The position numbers and the translations under genes are program-made. DNA of 64,000 bases from an uncultured virus (IMG/VR IMGVR_UViG_3300024261_001453) (taxonomy: Duplodnaviria; Heunggongvirae; Uroviricota; Caudoviricetes). The stretch lies in IMG/VR virus record IMGVR_UViG_3300024261_001453. The stretch is one strand, 5' to 3'. The notes beneath the pieces are model-generated. The model worked only from the letters and a program-made list of their open reading frames with translations, made no database searches and was not told the DNA's origin. Of this stretch, positions 49,405 through 57,419 are shown in pieces; the stretch's first letter is position 1; the number at the start of each line of letters is the position of its first letter.

Positions 49405-49500
49405 AAAAATAGTTTTTGTTTTTGTTTTTATTTTTATTTTTACTTTTTTTTTAAACTTTGTTTACTTTTTAATATAAAAAAACATATATAAAATATAATT

Positions 49501-49797
49501 ATGAATAAAGTTATTTTACAAATATGGGAAGAATCAGAGAGGGGTCAAGGATCACGGCCTGATGGTTGCTCTTTACACATTGATTTAAATAATCAAAAAA
49601 AATATGTAAAGGATTCTTATGAAGATAGAAGTGGTGATGTTCCTGATACCTATGAAAGAATTGTTGGTGATCCAATAGAGGCTTTTATTGATGATGGTTT
49701 ATTTGATATTATCAATGAAGATAAAAATGTTAGATTATTTGAAAATGAGTTAAATAATCTAATAAAAATGGAAGAAATTATAATAAATCATGATTAA
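49501..49797 (+). CDS. Hypothetical phage protein
   Basis: WEESERG.G.RPDGCSLH; 98 aa. Confidence 0.7.
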   Translation: MNKVILQIWEESERGQGSRPDGCSLHIDLNNQKKYVKDSYEDRSGDVPDTYERIVGDPIEAFIDDGLFDIINEDKNVRLFENELNNLIKMEEIIINHD

Positions 49798-50131
49798 TGT
49801 ATTTTACATATTACCTATTTTATTCATTTTTATGAATGTTTATCATATGCTTAAGAATAAGCAATTAGATAAGAGATTTAGAGAAAGAGATATAATTGGT
49901 ATGTCAAGATTGGATATTATATATTATTTTACTAAAATTTCATATTGGATATGGGTACCAATTGGTTTCTTTACTAATCAACCAGAACTATTCTATGTAT
50001 TATTTGTTTTGGGATTTTTGAAATTTCCCACTTACCATTTTAATAAAAATATTTTCAGGATCTATAATGATATATACCCAATTTTTTCTATATCCACACT
50101 AATTACAATTTTTTTTCATTGGTTGTTTTGA
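49790..50131 (+). CDS. Small membrane protein
   Basis: 3-4 hydrophobic segments. Confidence 0.7.
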   Translation: MINVFYILPILFIFMNVYHMLKNKQLDKRFRERDIIGMSRLDIIYYFTKISYWIWVPIGFFTNQPELFYVLFVLGFLKFPTYHFNKNIFRIYNDIYPIFSISTLITIFFHWLF

Positions 50132-50964
50132 AATTCGTACCATTTTTCAATATTAATAGATTCTGATACATCAAAGTTTTTAAAATTCTTAATTCTTGGT
50201 AATCTACCTTTCCATTTTTTATTTAAAAATAATAGTTTGTTTTTATCAATTTTACAATTTTTATTCGAAATACTACCCTCATTAAAAAGGTTTATCATTT
50301 CATCCATACTTAATGTTTTATGTTTTTTGTCAAAATTTGGATCCGGATGCGACCATCCAAATTTTACTAACCAATTTAATAAAACTTCTTTACTATATTC
50401 TTTGTAATCCTCTGTTGTTCCATTACCAGTTCTTTTCGATAGTTTTTTATTACCTTCGAATAAAAGACCAGCATGTGTTATTTCTGGAAATTGTTTATCA
50501 GACTCAACCTCACAAATTTTATTCCATATTATTCTTTGTTTTATTTCATTAGAAATATGATCTACACCTCTTACTATATTTGTTACGTCATAATCATAAT
50601 CATCTAATATAGAAGAGAAGTTATAGGTTGGGAATCCATTATTTCTAAGTATAACCATTTCATAACCACCCATATCTAACACATAACCCTTTTCAGTTTT
50701 CGTTCCGATTTTCTCAGCAACTTCTTTATATCTGTCTAATCTTTCTGATTGTCTAAATGTTATATCACTATCCAAACCAAATTTATTCATTTGATCATAG
50801 ATATAATCTATCCATTCTGGTTTATTTCTTTCTTGATCGGTGTCATCAATACGTAGTATGAAAGTACCATTGTTAGCTTTAGCCATTAAATAGTTTAGCA
50901 ATGCTGTTCTTAAAGTTCCTAAGTGGAATTGTCCTGTTGGTGACGGAGCTACTCTTGTTATCAT
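50116..50964 (-). CDS. Truncated glutamyl-tRNA synthetase-like protein (catalytic domain only)
   Basis: TRVAPSPTG.FHLG, LRIDDTD, RQSER, G.PTYNF, RGVDH, KLSKR; only 282 aa. Confidence 0.85.
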   Translation of the reverse strand: MITRVAPSPTGQFHLGTLRTALLNYLMAKANNGTFILRIDDTDQERNKPEWIDYIYDQMNKFGLDSDITFRQSERLDRYKEVAEKIGTKTEKGYVLDMGGYEMVILRNNGFPTYNFSSILDDYDYDVTNIVRGVDHISNEIKQRIIWNKICEVESDKQFPEITHAGLLFEGNKKLSKRTGNGTTEDYKEYSKEVLLNWLVKFGWSHPDPNFDKKHKTLSMDEMINLFNEGSISNKNCKIDKNKLLFLNKKWKGRLPRIKNFKNFDVSESINIEKWYEFQNNQ

Positions 50965-51019
50965 AATAATATTATTTTTACTTATTAAGTATATATTAAA
51001 AATAATATGAGTAAATTTT

Positions 51020-51541
51020 TTAACTAAACATTTTCAAATGATCTTCTGTTATTATAATAAATTCATAACCCTTTTTATTACACCAATTTATCATAGTTTC
51101 CCATTTATTCTTGTTCTTATATGCCATTTTTAAGTCATACTCGAAGTTTTTCAACTTTTTAGTTCCTTTTTCAGGAACACTAAGTTTACCAGCATTAAGA
51201 GCGATTACCATATTATATTCCTTTTTAGGTTTTACTTCAACAACTACTTGTTTTAGTACACCATTTACCCTCATTTCATAATAGAAATCTACATAATACG
51301 TATGTTTTTTAACTTTAGCATCTCCATTTTCAAAATGTGTCATTTGGTAAGGTATATTTAAACATTCGGCTCCCCACATTGTTACTTGATCATTATTATC
51401 TAACCAAAACATTATTTTCTTTTCCCAAGAACTCCTATAATAAAGTCCACGTTCAGCATTTAACTTTATCACTTTATCTTTATTTTTTGGTATATAATTA
51501 CCACCATGATATTTAGAATTATTTGGTTTCGAGTTTAACAT
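51020..51541 (-). CDS. Head completion nuclease (gp4-like, TnsA fold)
   Basis: YRSSWE, W..E...IPY, YYVDFY, VEVKP, NK.KW, F.IITE. Confidence 0.85.
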   Translation of the reverse strand: MLNSKPNNSKYHGGNYIPKNKDKVIKLNAERGLYYRSSWEKKIMFWLDNNDQVTMWGAECLNIPYQMTHFENGDAKVKKHTYYVDFYYEMRVNGVLKQVVVEVKPKKEYNMVIALNAGKLSVPEKGTKKLKNFEYDLKMAYKNKNKWETMINWCNKKGYEFIIITEDHLKMFS

Positions 51542-51583
51542 TATGATTATAATTTTTTTTATATATAAAAGAAAAATGTCTTG

Positions 51584-52297
51584 ATGGGTGAATTAGCAGA
51601 AAGAGTTAAAATAAATTTATTGGTTAATGGTAATGGCATTCCGGATAACTTCAAAAATAATTCTTTATTTTTTTATAATAAATATCAAGAATCTACTAAG
51701 GAGGTTCTAGGAGTTTCTGTTACTGATATACAACCTGGAGGGTTTTATTTTATACACTATTTAGATACCTCTAGTTGGATGCAATTTTCTCCAGTTTTTG
51801 TATCTGATTATAAGAAATTCTCAAATAAAATTATTATATTTGCTATCAACTTTAACTTTATACCTATTGAGGTTAGAACATTGTTATTTGATCAGTATGT
51901 TAGTGAACAAGACTTTGAGAATGATGCTTTATTAAAAGTTGATTATAAAGGTGTTTATGATAAATTAAGAGATTTGGGTTTTGAATATGCTATGGTGGAG
52001 TATGATGCTTCAAGAGTTAAATTAGTACATAAAATAGAATTAGACCTATTACCAAGATTTTTATATTCACAACATCCTAAAAATATTTATGACCCTAAGA
52101 AGTTAATACAAATATGGGATGCTAAGATAGCTAATAGGGATGAGAGACATAAAGAAATGATGATGGCTAGTATAGATGAATTCTTTGATATAAATAATGA
52201 TATATCGGAGAAGTATGGTGTTCTTAGAAACCACGTTTCTAGAATACGAAATAATATGAAGAAGTATGGACCGGGAGGTTCTAACACATGGACTTAA
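51584..52297 (+). CDS. Putative DNA end protector (gp2-like)
   Basis: PGGFYFIHY, SPVF, AINFNFIP..VR; divergent from the gp4-like gene. Confidence 0.5.
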   Translation: MGELAERVKINLLVNGNGIPDNFKNNSLFFYNKYQESTKEVLGVSVTDIQPGGFYFIHYLDTSSWMQFSPVFVSDYKKFSNKIIIFAINFNFIPIEVRTLLFDQYVSEQDFENDALLKVDYKGVYDKLRDLGFEYAMVEYDASRVKLVHKIELDLLPRFLYSQHPKNIYDPKKLIQIWDAKIANRDERHKEMMMASIDEFFDINNDISEKYGVLRNHVSRIRNNMKKYGPGGSNTWT

Positions 52298-52309
52298 AAA
52301 ATAATAATA

Positions 52310-52660
52310 ATGAGAATTTTCAGAAAAAGTAAAAAAGAACTTAGTGGTGATGTAAAACCTATGGGTATTAAATATACAATAGAAAGACCAAGTGAGTCTG
52401 ATATTGCTAACTTACAGAGGCAAAGAGAAAATATGAAAAAGCCAATTACTAATAAGGTTGATAAGATGATTTTACAGGATATTTCGGATAGATTATATGG
52501 TCCTGATTCTGATGATTATATTAAATCGTTGAATAAATTGAATAAATTATTTAAACCTAGAGCTGGAAAATCATGTAATGATTTCTTTGATCCAGATATA
52601 GTGGAGAATGTCAAGAAAAACCAGAAAAAAATAAATGAAATAATAAAACACGAGTCTTAG
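52310..52660 (+). CDS. Hypothetical protein
   Basis: 116-aa ORF. Confidence 0.65.
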   Translation: MRIFRKSKKELSGDVKPMGIKYTIERPSESDIANLQRQRENMKKPITNKVDKMILQDISDRLYGPDSDDYIKSLNKLNKLFKPRAGKSCNDFFDPDIVENVKKNQKKINEIIKHES

Positions 52661-52673
52661 CTCGTGTTTTTTT
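52645..52673 (+). terminator. Intrinsic terminator
   Basis: AAAACACGAG-tcttag-CTCGTGTTTTTTT. Confidence 0.82.
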
Positions 52674-52733
52674 GTTACAGGAGGTAGGTGTTAAAATTAA
52701 TATATAACTTAAATTTTTAAATTATTTTAATAT

Positions 52734-54431
52734 ATGCCATCATATAATAACTTTAACGGAGCAGCAGGAGCAGATTCTAACTTCGCTGCTAGTAATTCAG
52801 CAGTTGAGAATAAAGGACTATTTAGTCGTATTCTAAGAAACCTTTCAAATTATGGTATGAACTATGATGATATGATCATCAGAAATCAAGTTGGTATCGG
52901 TATAAATGAGGATCCATATTCAGCTAGAGGTAATTCGATGTATGATTTCTTTAGTCAGAGAGCTGTGGCTTCTGTTTTGAATAGAAAGTCAATACCTTAT
53001 CTAGATAAAGCATATGGTGATAAGAGAAGAATACTTAGAGAGTATTCTATTAAGGATGAAATAAGAGATTTTGTGAGTACTATATCGGATGAGTCTATTG
53101 TTTTTAATGATGATGTTGCCTTTTGCTCACCTAAATCACTATCAAATGAATATCCACAAGAAGTAAGAGATAAGTATCAAGAATATTTCGAAAAAATATA
53201 CAATAAGTATGGATTTTCTGATGGTATTAGTGCTTGGGATATGATGAGAGATTTCCTTATTGATGGTTATATAGCTATTGAGATTATATATGATGATAAG
53301 AAAAAGAATATTGTTGGTTTCAATAGAATGAGACCAGAAACTTTAGTACCTGCTTATGAACCAGCTATTGGACACTTATGGATACAATTTCCAGAGGATC
53401 CACAATTAAGGAGAATATTTTTAGATTCACAAATAGTTTATATATCATATTCAACACAGAATGATTATTCAGAAACTTCTTATGTTGAAGGTTTGATAAA
53501 ACCATATAATCAATTAAAAATATTAGAACAAACTAGAATAATGTTCAATGTTATAAACGCTACTCTTTATCAAAAATTTACAATTCCTATTAAAGGATTG
53601 TCTAGACAAAGAGCAGAAGAACAAATAGGTCAGTTAATACATGATTATTCAGAAGAAGTTGAGTGGGATGATAGTCTAGGAACACTTACTATCAATGGTG
53701 CTAAGCACTTACCTTACAATAAACAAATATGGTTTCCTGAGGGAGATGCTGGTACTCCTAATATGGAGATGGTTTCACCAGAAGGTCATGATTTGAATGA
53801 TGAAACTATGTTATCTTGGTTTTATAAGTCTCTTAAAAGAGCTTCTAAGATACCTATATCTAGATTCGAAGGTGAAAATGGTGGTGGTAACCTTTTTGGT
53901 GACGCTTCTGAGATGACTAGAGATGAGATTAAATTTCACAATTTTATTAGTAGATTAAGAGCTAACTTTAAAGAACTTATTGTTAAGCCACTTAAATTAC
54001 AAATGTTAATTGAGTTTCCTGAATTAACAGAGGATGAGGTATTTACTAATAGAGTTGATATTGACTTCTATACTAATCAAATATTTGAAGATTGGAAGAA
54101 GATAAATAACTTAGCTAAGAAATCAGAAATAGTTGGAACTTTATTAGGTGTTATGAGAACAGATGAAAAACCTTATTTTCACATTGAGTGGATAATGGAT
54201 AATATATTCAAGCTTACTCCAGAGGAGAAAGCTGAGAATGACAGGTATTGGGCTCGTGATGCTGGTGAAGGTGTTGGTTCTGGTGAAGAAGGCGCTGAAG
54301 GCGGAGATGATGGAGGCGACTTTGGTGAATCTGGTGATGTTGGTGGTGTAGATGATGCTGGTGGTGGAGATGATGGTGGAGATGCTGGTGGAGATGCTGG
54401 TGGAGATGACGGTGGAGAATTTGAATTCTAA
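52734..54431 (+). CDS. Portal protein (gp20-like)
   Basis: FLIDG, SYVEGLIKPYNQLKILE, ASKIPISR, EMTRDEIKF.NFISRLR; G/D-rich tail. Confidence 0.92.
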   Translation: MPSYNNFNGAAGADSNFAASNSAVENKGLFSRILRNLSNYGMNYDDMIIRNQVGIGINEDPYSARGNSMYDFFSQRAVASVLNRKSIPYLDKAYGDKRRILREYSIKDEIRDFVSTISDESIVFNDDVAFCSPKSLSNEYPQEVRDKYQEYFEKIYNKYGFSDGISAWDMMRDFLIDGYIAIEIIYDDKKKNIVGFNRMRPETLVPAYEPAIGHLWIQFPEDPQLRRIFLDSQIVYISYSTQNDYSETSYVEGLIKPYNQLKILEQTRIMFNVINATLYQKFTIPIKGLSRQRAEEQIGQLIHDYSEEVEWDDSLGTLTINGAKHLPYNKQIWFPEGDAGTPNMEMVSPEGHDLNDETMLSWFYKSLKRASKIPISRFEGENGGGNLFGDASEMTRDEIKFHNFISRLRANFKELIVKPLKLQMLIEFPELTEDEVFTNRVDIDFYTNQIFEDWKKINNLAKKSEIVGTLLGVMRTDEKPYFHIEWIMDNIFKLTPEEKAENDRYWARDAGEGVGSGEEGAEGGDDGGDFGESGDVGGVDDAGGGDDGGDAGGDAGGDDGGEFEF

Positions 54432-54448
54432 AAGATATTTAAAAAAGG

Positions 54449-54480
54449 AAACCTCTTAAAATTAATTAAGAGGTTTTTTT
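54449..54480. terminator. Bidirectional intrinsic terminator
   Basis: AAACCTCTTAA...TTAAGAGGTTTTTTT between convergent genes. Confidence 0.82.
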
Positions 54481-54934
54481 ATGCCGCAGTTTTTGGGTCG
54501 GGTATATCAAAGTAAAATTGTGTTACGCTATTACAACTTGGAAGTTTCATTTGTTTAACTTCTAGTAAACACCCCGATTCTAATATGTTTTTTAATTCTT
54601 TACCTTTTGGTGTATCTAGAACTTTTAATACTATTTTTAACTCATCCACTTTATTATTCGTTATGATAAAAGACATTGACCTAACAAAAAATGATATACT
54701 TTTTAATAATATATCAGAATATTCTGGTTTTCCTAAACTACCATATACCGGACTATTTATTTTTGATATTTCGGTTACGTCAAATCCAATCCTTTTACCT
54801 TCGTTTAATAAAACATTAAGTTTTATCTCACGTTTATATTGTATCCATTGTGGAAATTTAGTTAGTAATCGATCATAGTTATTTAACTCAACATCATTTC
54901 CTAAAACAACATTATATTCTAGTAAATCATCCAT
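54479..54934 (-). CDS. Hypothetical protein
   Basis: 151 aa, coupled to rnr; KVLDTPKGK.LK segment weakly recalls prohead protease folds. Confidence 0.65.
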   Translation of the reverse strand: MDDLLEYNVVLGNDVELNNYDRLLTKFPQWIQYKREIKLNVLLNEGKRIGFDVTEISKINSPVYGSLGKPEYSDILLKSISFFVRSMSFIITNNKVDELKIVLKVLDTPKGKELKNILESGCLLEVKQMKLPSCNSVTQFYFDIPDPKTAA

Positions 54935-56838
54935 TACATTTTTATGAAATCTATTTGTTTCTTTTCTAAATCAACACCATTAACTATGATAGTTATCTCA
55001 TCACCTAATCTGATTCTATCCCCAACATCATTAAAGATTTGATAGTTTTGTGTGTCTATATTATAATTACCTTCTAAAGATTGGTATCTTATCATACCCT
55101 CACATTTACTTTCTGTTAATTCAACATATAATCCCCAATCAGTTACACCAGAAACTATCCCAGTGAATACTTTCCCAATTTTATCTAAAAGATATTCGGC
55201 TTGTTTGTATTTTATAGAATCTCTTTGGGCTCTGGATGCTATCAATTCTCTACTTGAACACCATTTAGCCTCATCTTCAACTTTAGTAGGGTTTCCTTGT
55301 TTCTTATTATGTAAGAAATCAAGTAACATTCTATGTGTCATTAAATCCGGATACCTACGTATTGGACTTGTGAAGTGTGAATAGTGTGTGAATCCTAATC
55401 CATAATGTCCTATGTTTTGTATTGTGTATGTTGCTTTAGACATACATCTAGTTACAACCGTACTTAACATATTTTCTTCTGGTGTTCCTTTAACATCTTG
55501 TAATAACTTGTTTATAGATTTTTTAAGATCTTCAGATTCGCCTTCTATTTTGAATTCGTGACCAAAAGTCTTACACACATTTGATAATGCTGTTAACTTC
55601 TCCATATTAGGAGTATCATGTACTCTAAATACATTAGTTCTCGAATTACTTGATAATAGTTTAGCAACAGATTTATTAGCTAGTAACATAAATTCTTCAA
55701 TTAATTTATTAGCTTCTTTCTGTTCTTTGAAATAAACACCAATTGGTTTCTTATTATCCTCTGCTAATTCGAATCGAACTTCCACACCACCCATCTCTAA
55801 TGAACCGTCTTTAATTCTTTTCTTTCTTATTTTCTTAGCTAATGTGTTTAGATGATTAATCATCAATGGATAAACACTACCATCACCTGTGTATTTTTCA
55901 TCATTACCCTCGATTATCTCTTGAGCATCCTCATAAGCAAATCTCATATCAGAATGTATGACTGTTTTACCGTGCCATTCTTTAACAATTTTACCATCCG
56001 AGTCTAGTGTAAATACAACTGAAAATGCTAACCTATCTTCATTAGGTTTTAATGAACATATTCCATTACTAAGTCTTTCTGGTAACATAGATACACATCT
56101 ATCAACTAGATACACAGATGTTGCTCTTTCATAAGCTTCATCATCTAATTTAGTACCAGGTTTAACATAGTGTCCAACATCAGCAATATGTACTCCTACT
56201 TCAAATCTATTATCATTCATTACTTTAAGTGATAATGCGTCATCAAAATCACGAGCATCTACTGGGTCGATTGTTATTGTTGTTGTATCTCTCATATCTC
56301 TACGAGATTTTATTTCCTTTTCGGTTATTACTTCTGGTGTGAGTTCTGATTCGTTTATAACATCTTGTGGAAAATCAACTGGTAATCCATATTCATACAT
56401 TATCGAATTCATCTCAGCGTTATTATCACCAACATCTCCTAATATCTTAGTTATCTTAGCTTGTGGGGATTTACTATCTACCCACTTTGTGAGTTCGACT
56501 ATAACCTTTTGGTTATCTTCCGATTTTAATCCACCCTTGATATAGAAATCAACTGGTATTCTTTTATTATCTGCTATAACAAATGTTGATTTACCATTAA
56601 TATGTACCTTACCAACGAATTCTTTCTTATTCCTTGATATTGTGTTAATTACTTTAGCTTCTAATTTCCTATCACCCCTAAATACTTCTACAATTACTTT
56701 ATCTAAGTGTAAAGCATTTTTAGTATTCTTCTTATAAATGAAAATTGATTTATCGTTTATTGTGATTGTTGCGTGTCTGTTTGTTGAGAACTCTATTTGA
56801 CCTTCGTAACGTTCTCCTTCTTTTATATTATTATTCAT
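54934..56838 (-). CDS. rnr: Ribonuclease R
   Basis: TIDPVDARDFDDALS, VHIADV, TSVYL, LIEEFMLLAN, HFTSPIRRYPD, C-terminal S1; ATG at 56838 preferred. Confidence 0.95.
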   Translation of the reverse strand: MNNNIKEGERYEGQIEFSTNRHATITINDKSIFIYKKNTKNALHLDKVIVEVFRGDRKLEAKVINTISRNKKEFVGKVHINGKSTFVIADNKRIPVDFYIKGGLKSEDNQKVIVELTKWVDSKSPQAKITKILGDVGDNNAEMNSIMYEYGLPVDFPQDVINESELTPEVITEKEIKSRRDMRDTTTITIDPVDARDFDDALSLKVMNDNRFEVGVHIADVGHYVKPGTKLDDEAYERATSVYLVDRCVSMLPERLSNGICSLKPNEDRLAFSVVFTLDSDGKIVKEWHGKTVIHSDMRFAYEDAQEIIEGNDEKYTGDGSVYPLMINHLNTLAKKIRKKRIKDGSLEMGGVEVRFELAEDNKKPIGVYFKEQKEANKLIEEFMLLANKSVAKLLSSNSRTNVFRVHDTPNMEKLTALSNVCKTFGHEFKIEGESEDLKKSINKLLQDVKGTPEENMLSTVVTRCMSKATYTIQNIGHYGLGFTHYSHFTSPIRRYPDLMTHRMLLDFLHNKKQGNPTKVEDEAKWCSSRELIASRAQRDSIKYKQAEYLLDKIGKVFTGIVSGVTDWGLYVELTESKCEGMIRYQSLEGNYNIDTQNYQIFNDVGDRIRLGDEITIIVNGVDLEKKQIDFIKM

Positions 56839-56848
56839 ATTCCTTTTA

Positions 56849-57250
56849 TTAGGAAATATCGTTTTGTTTATTATCGCGTTTGGATATGTTGTCAACACCG
56901 TACTTATCTATAAGTGTTTTTTTCATTTTTTTCAATATTTTATTGTTTTGTATTGGATAGTCAACACCGTAATTTTCTCTTAATGATTTTTTCCTTTTTG
57001 ATTCTGAGCATTTTCTACAAGAGTATTCACCCCAGTTATTATCATATTTAATATAGTTCTTGAATATTACATCCTTTTCGATTCCACATTTATCACACTT
57101 ACACTTTATTTTATAGTGGGATCCTTTGGATAGTAATTCAACTGGTATTATTAATAATTCACCAATTGTAACATCACTATATCCTAGATTTTCATAGTAT
57201 GAATAGTTTGCTTCGCTTATTTTAACTTTTATCTCTCTAGTTATTATCAT
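56849..57250 (-). CDS. Zn-ribbon protein with YGVD repeats (homing-endonuclease-associated N-terminal module, no nuclease domain)
   Basis: CDKCG...CRKC, YGVDYPIQN, YGVDN. Confidence 0.6.
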   Translation of the reverse strand: MIITREIKVKISEANYSYYENLGYSDVTIGELLIIPVELLSKGSHYKIKCKCDKCGIEKDVIFKNYIKYDNNWGEYSCRKCSESKRKKSLRENYGVDYPIQNNKILKKMKKTLIDKYGVDNISKRDNKQNDIS

Positions 57251-57340
57251 AAAAAACCTCAAAATTTTAATTATTTATTAAATATGTGTTGTCCTCTTCC
57301 CGTACTCACCAAACCTTCTTTAATAAAAGATTATAGAGCC

Positions 57341-57392
57341 TCTGTAAAGAATCCACCTTTGTTATTTTTAGAATTTACATTGTCAATATATA
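57341..57392 (+). promoter_or_regulatory. 19-bp element TCTGTAAAGAATCCACCTT + N26 + ATATATA upstream of protease/scaffold
   Basis: Identical element with identical spacing before the major capsid gene. Confidence 0.75.
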
Positions 57393-57419
57393 CTAAGAAG
57401 CAAAAAATAATTATTTTAC

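Noticed and set aside
56839..56898. RNase R start at 56898 from the ORF track
   Set aside because: This TTG extension overlaps the upstream ORF; the ATG at 56838 follows that ORF's stop and is more plausible.
56849..57262. Active homing endonuclease
   Set aside because: Only the Zn-ribbon/YGVD part is present; no HNH, GIY-YIG or PD-(D/E)xK domain is visible.
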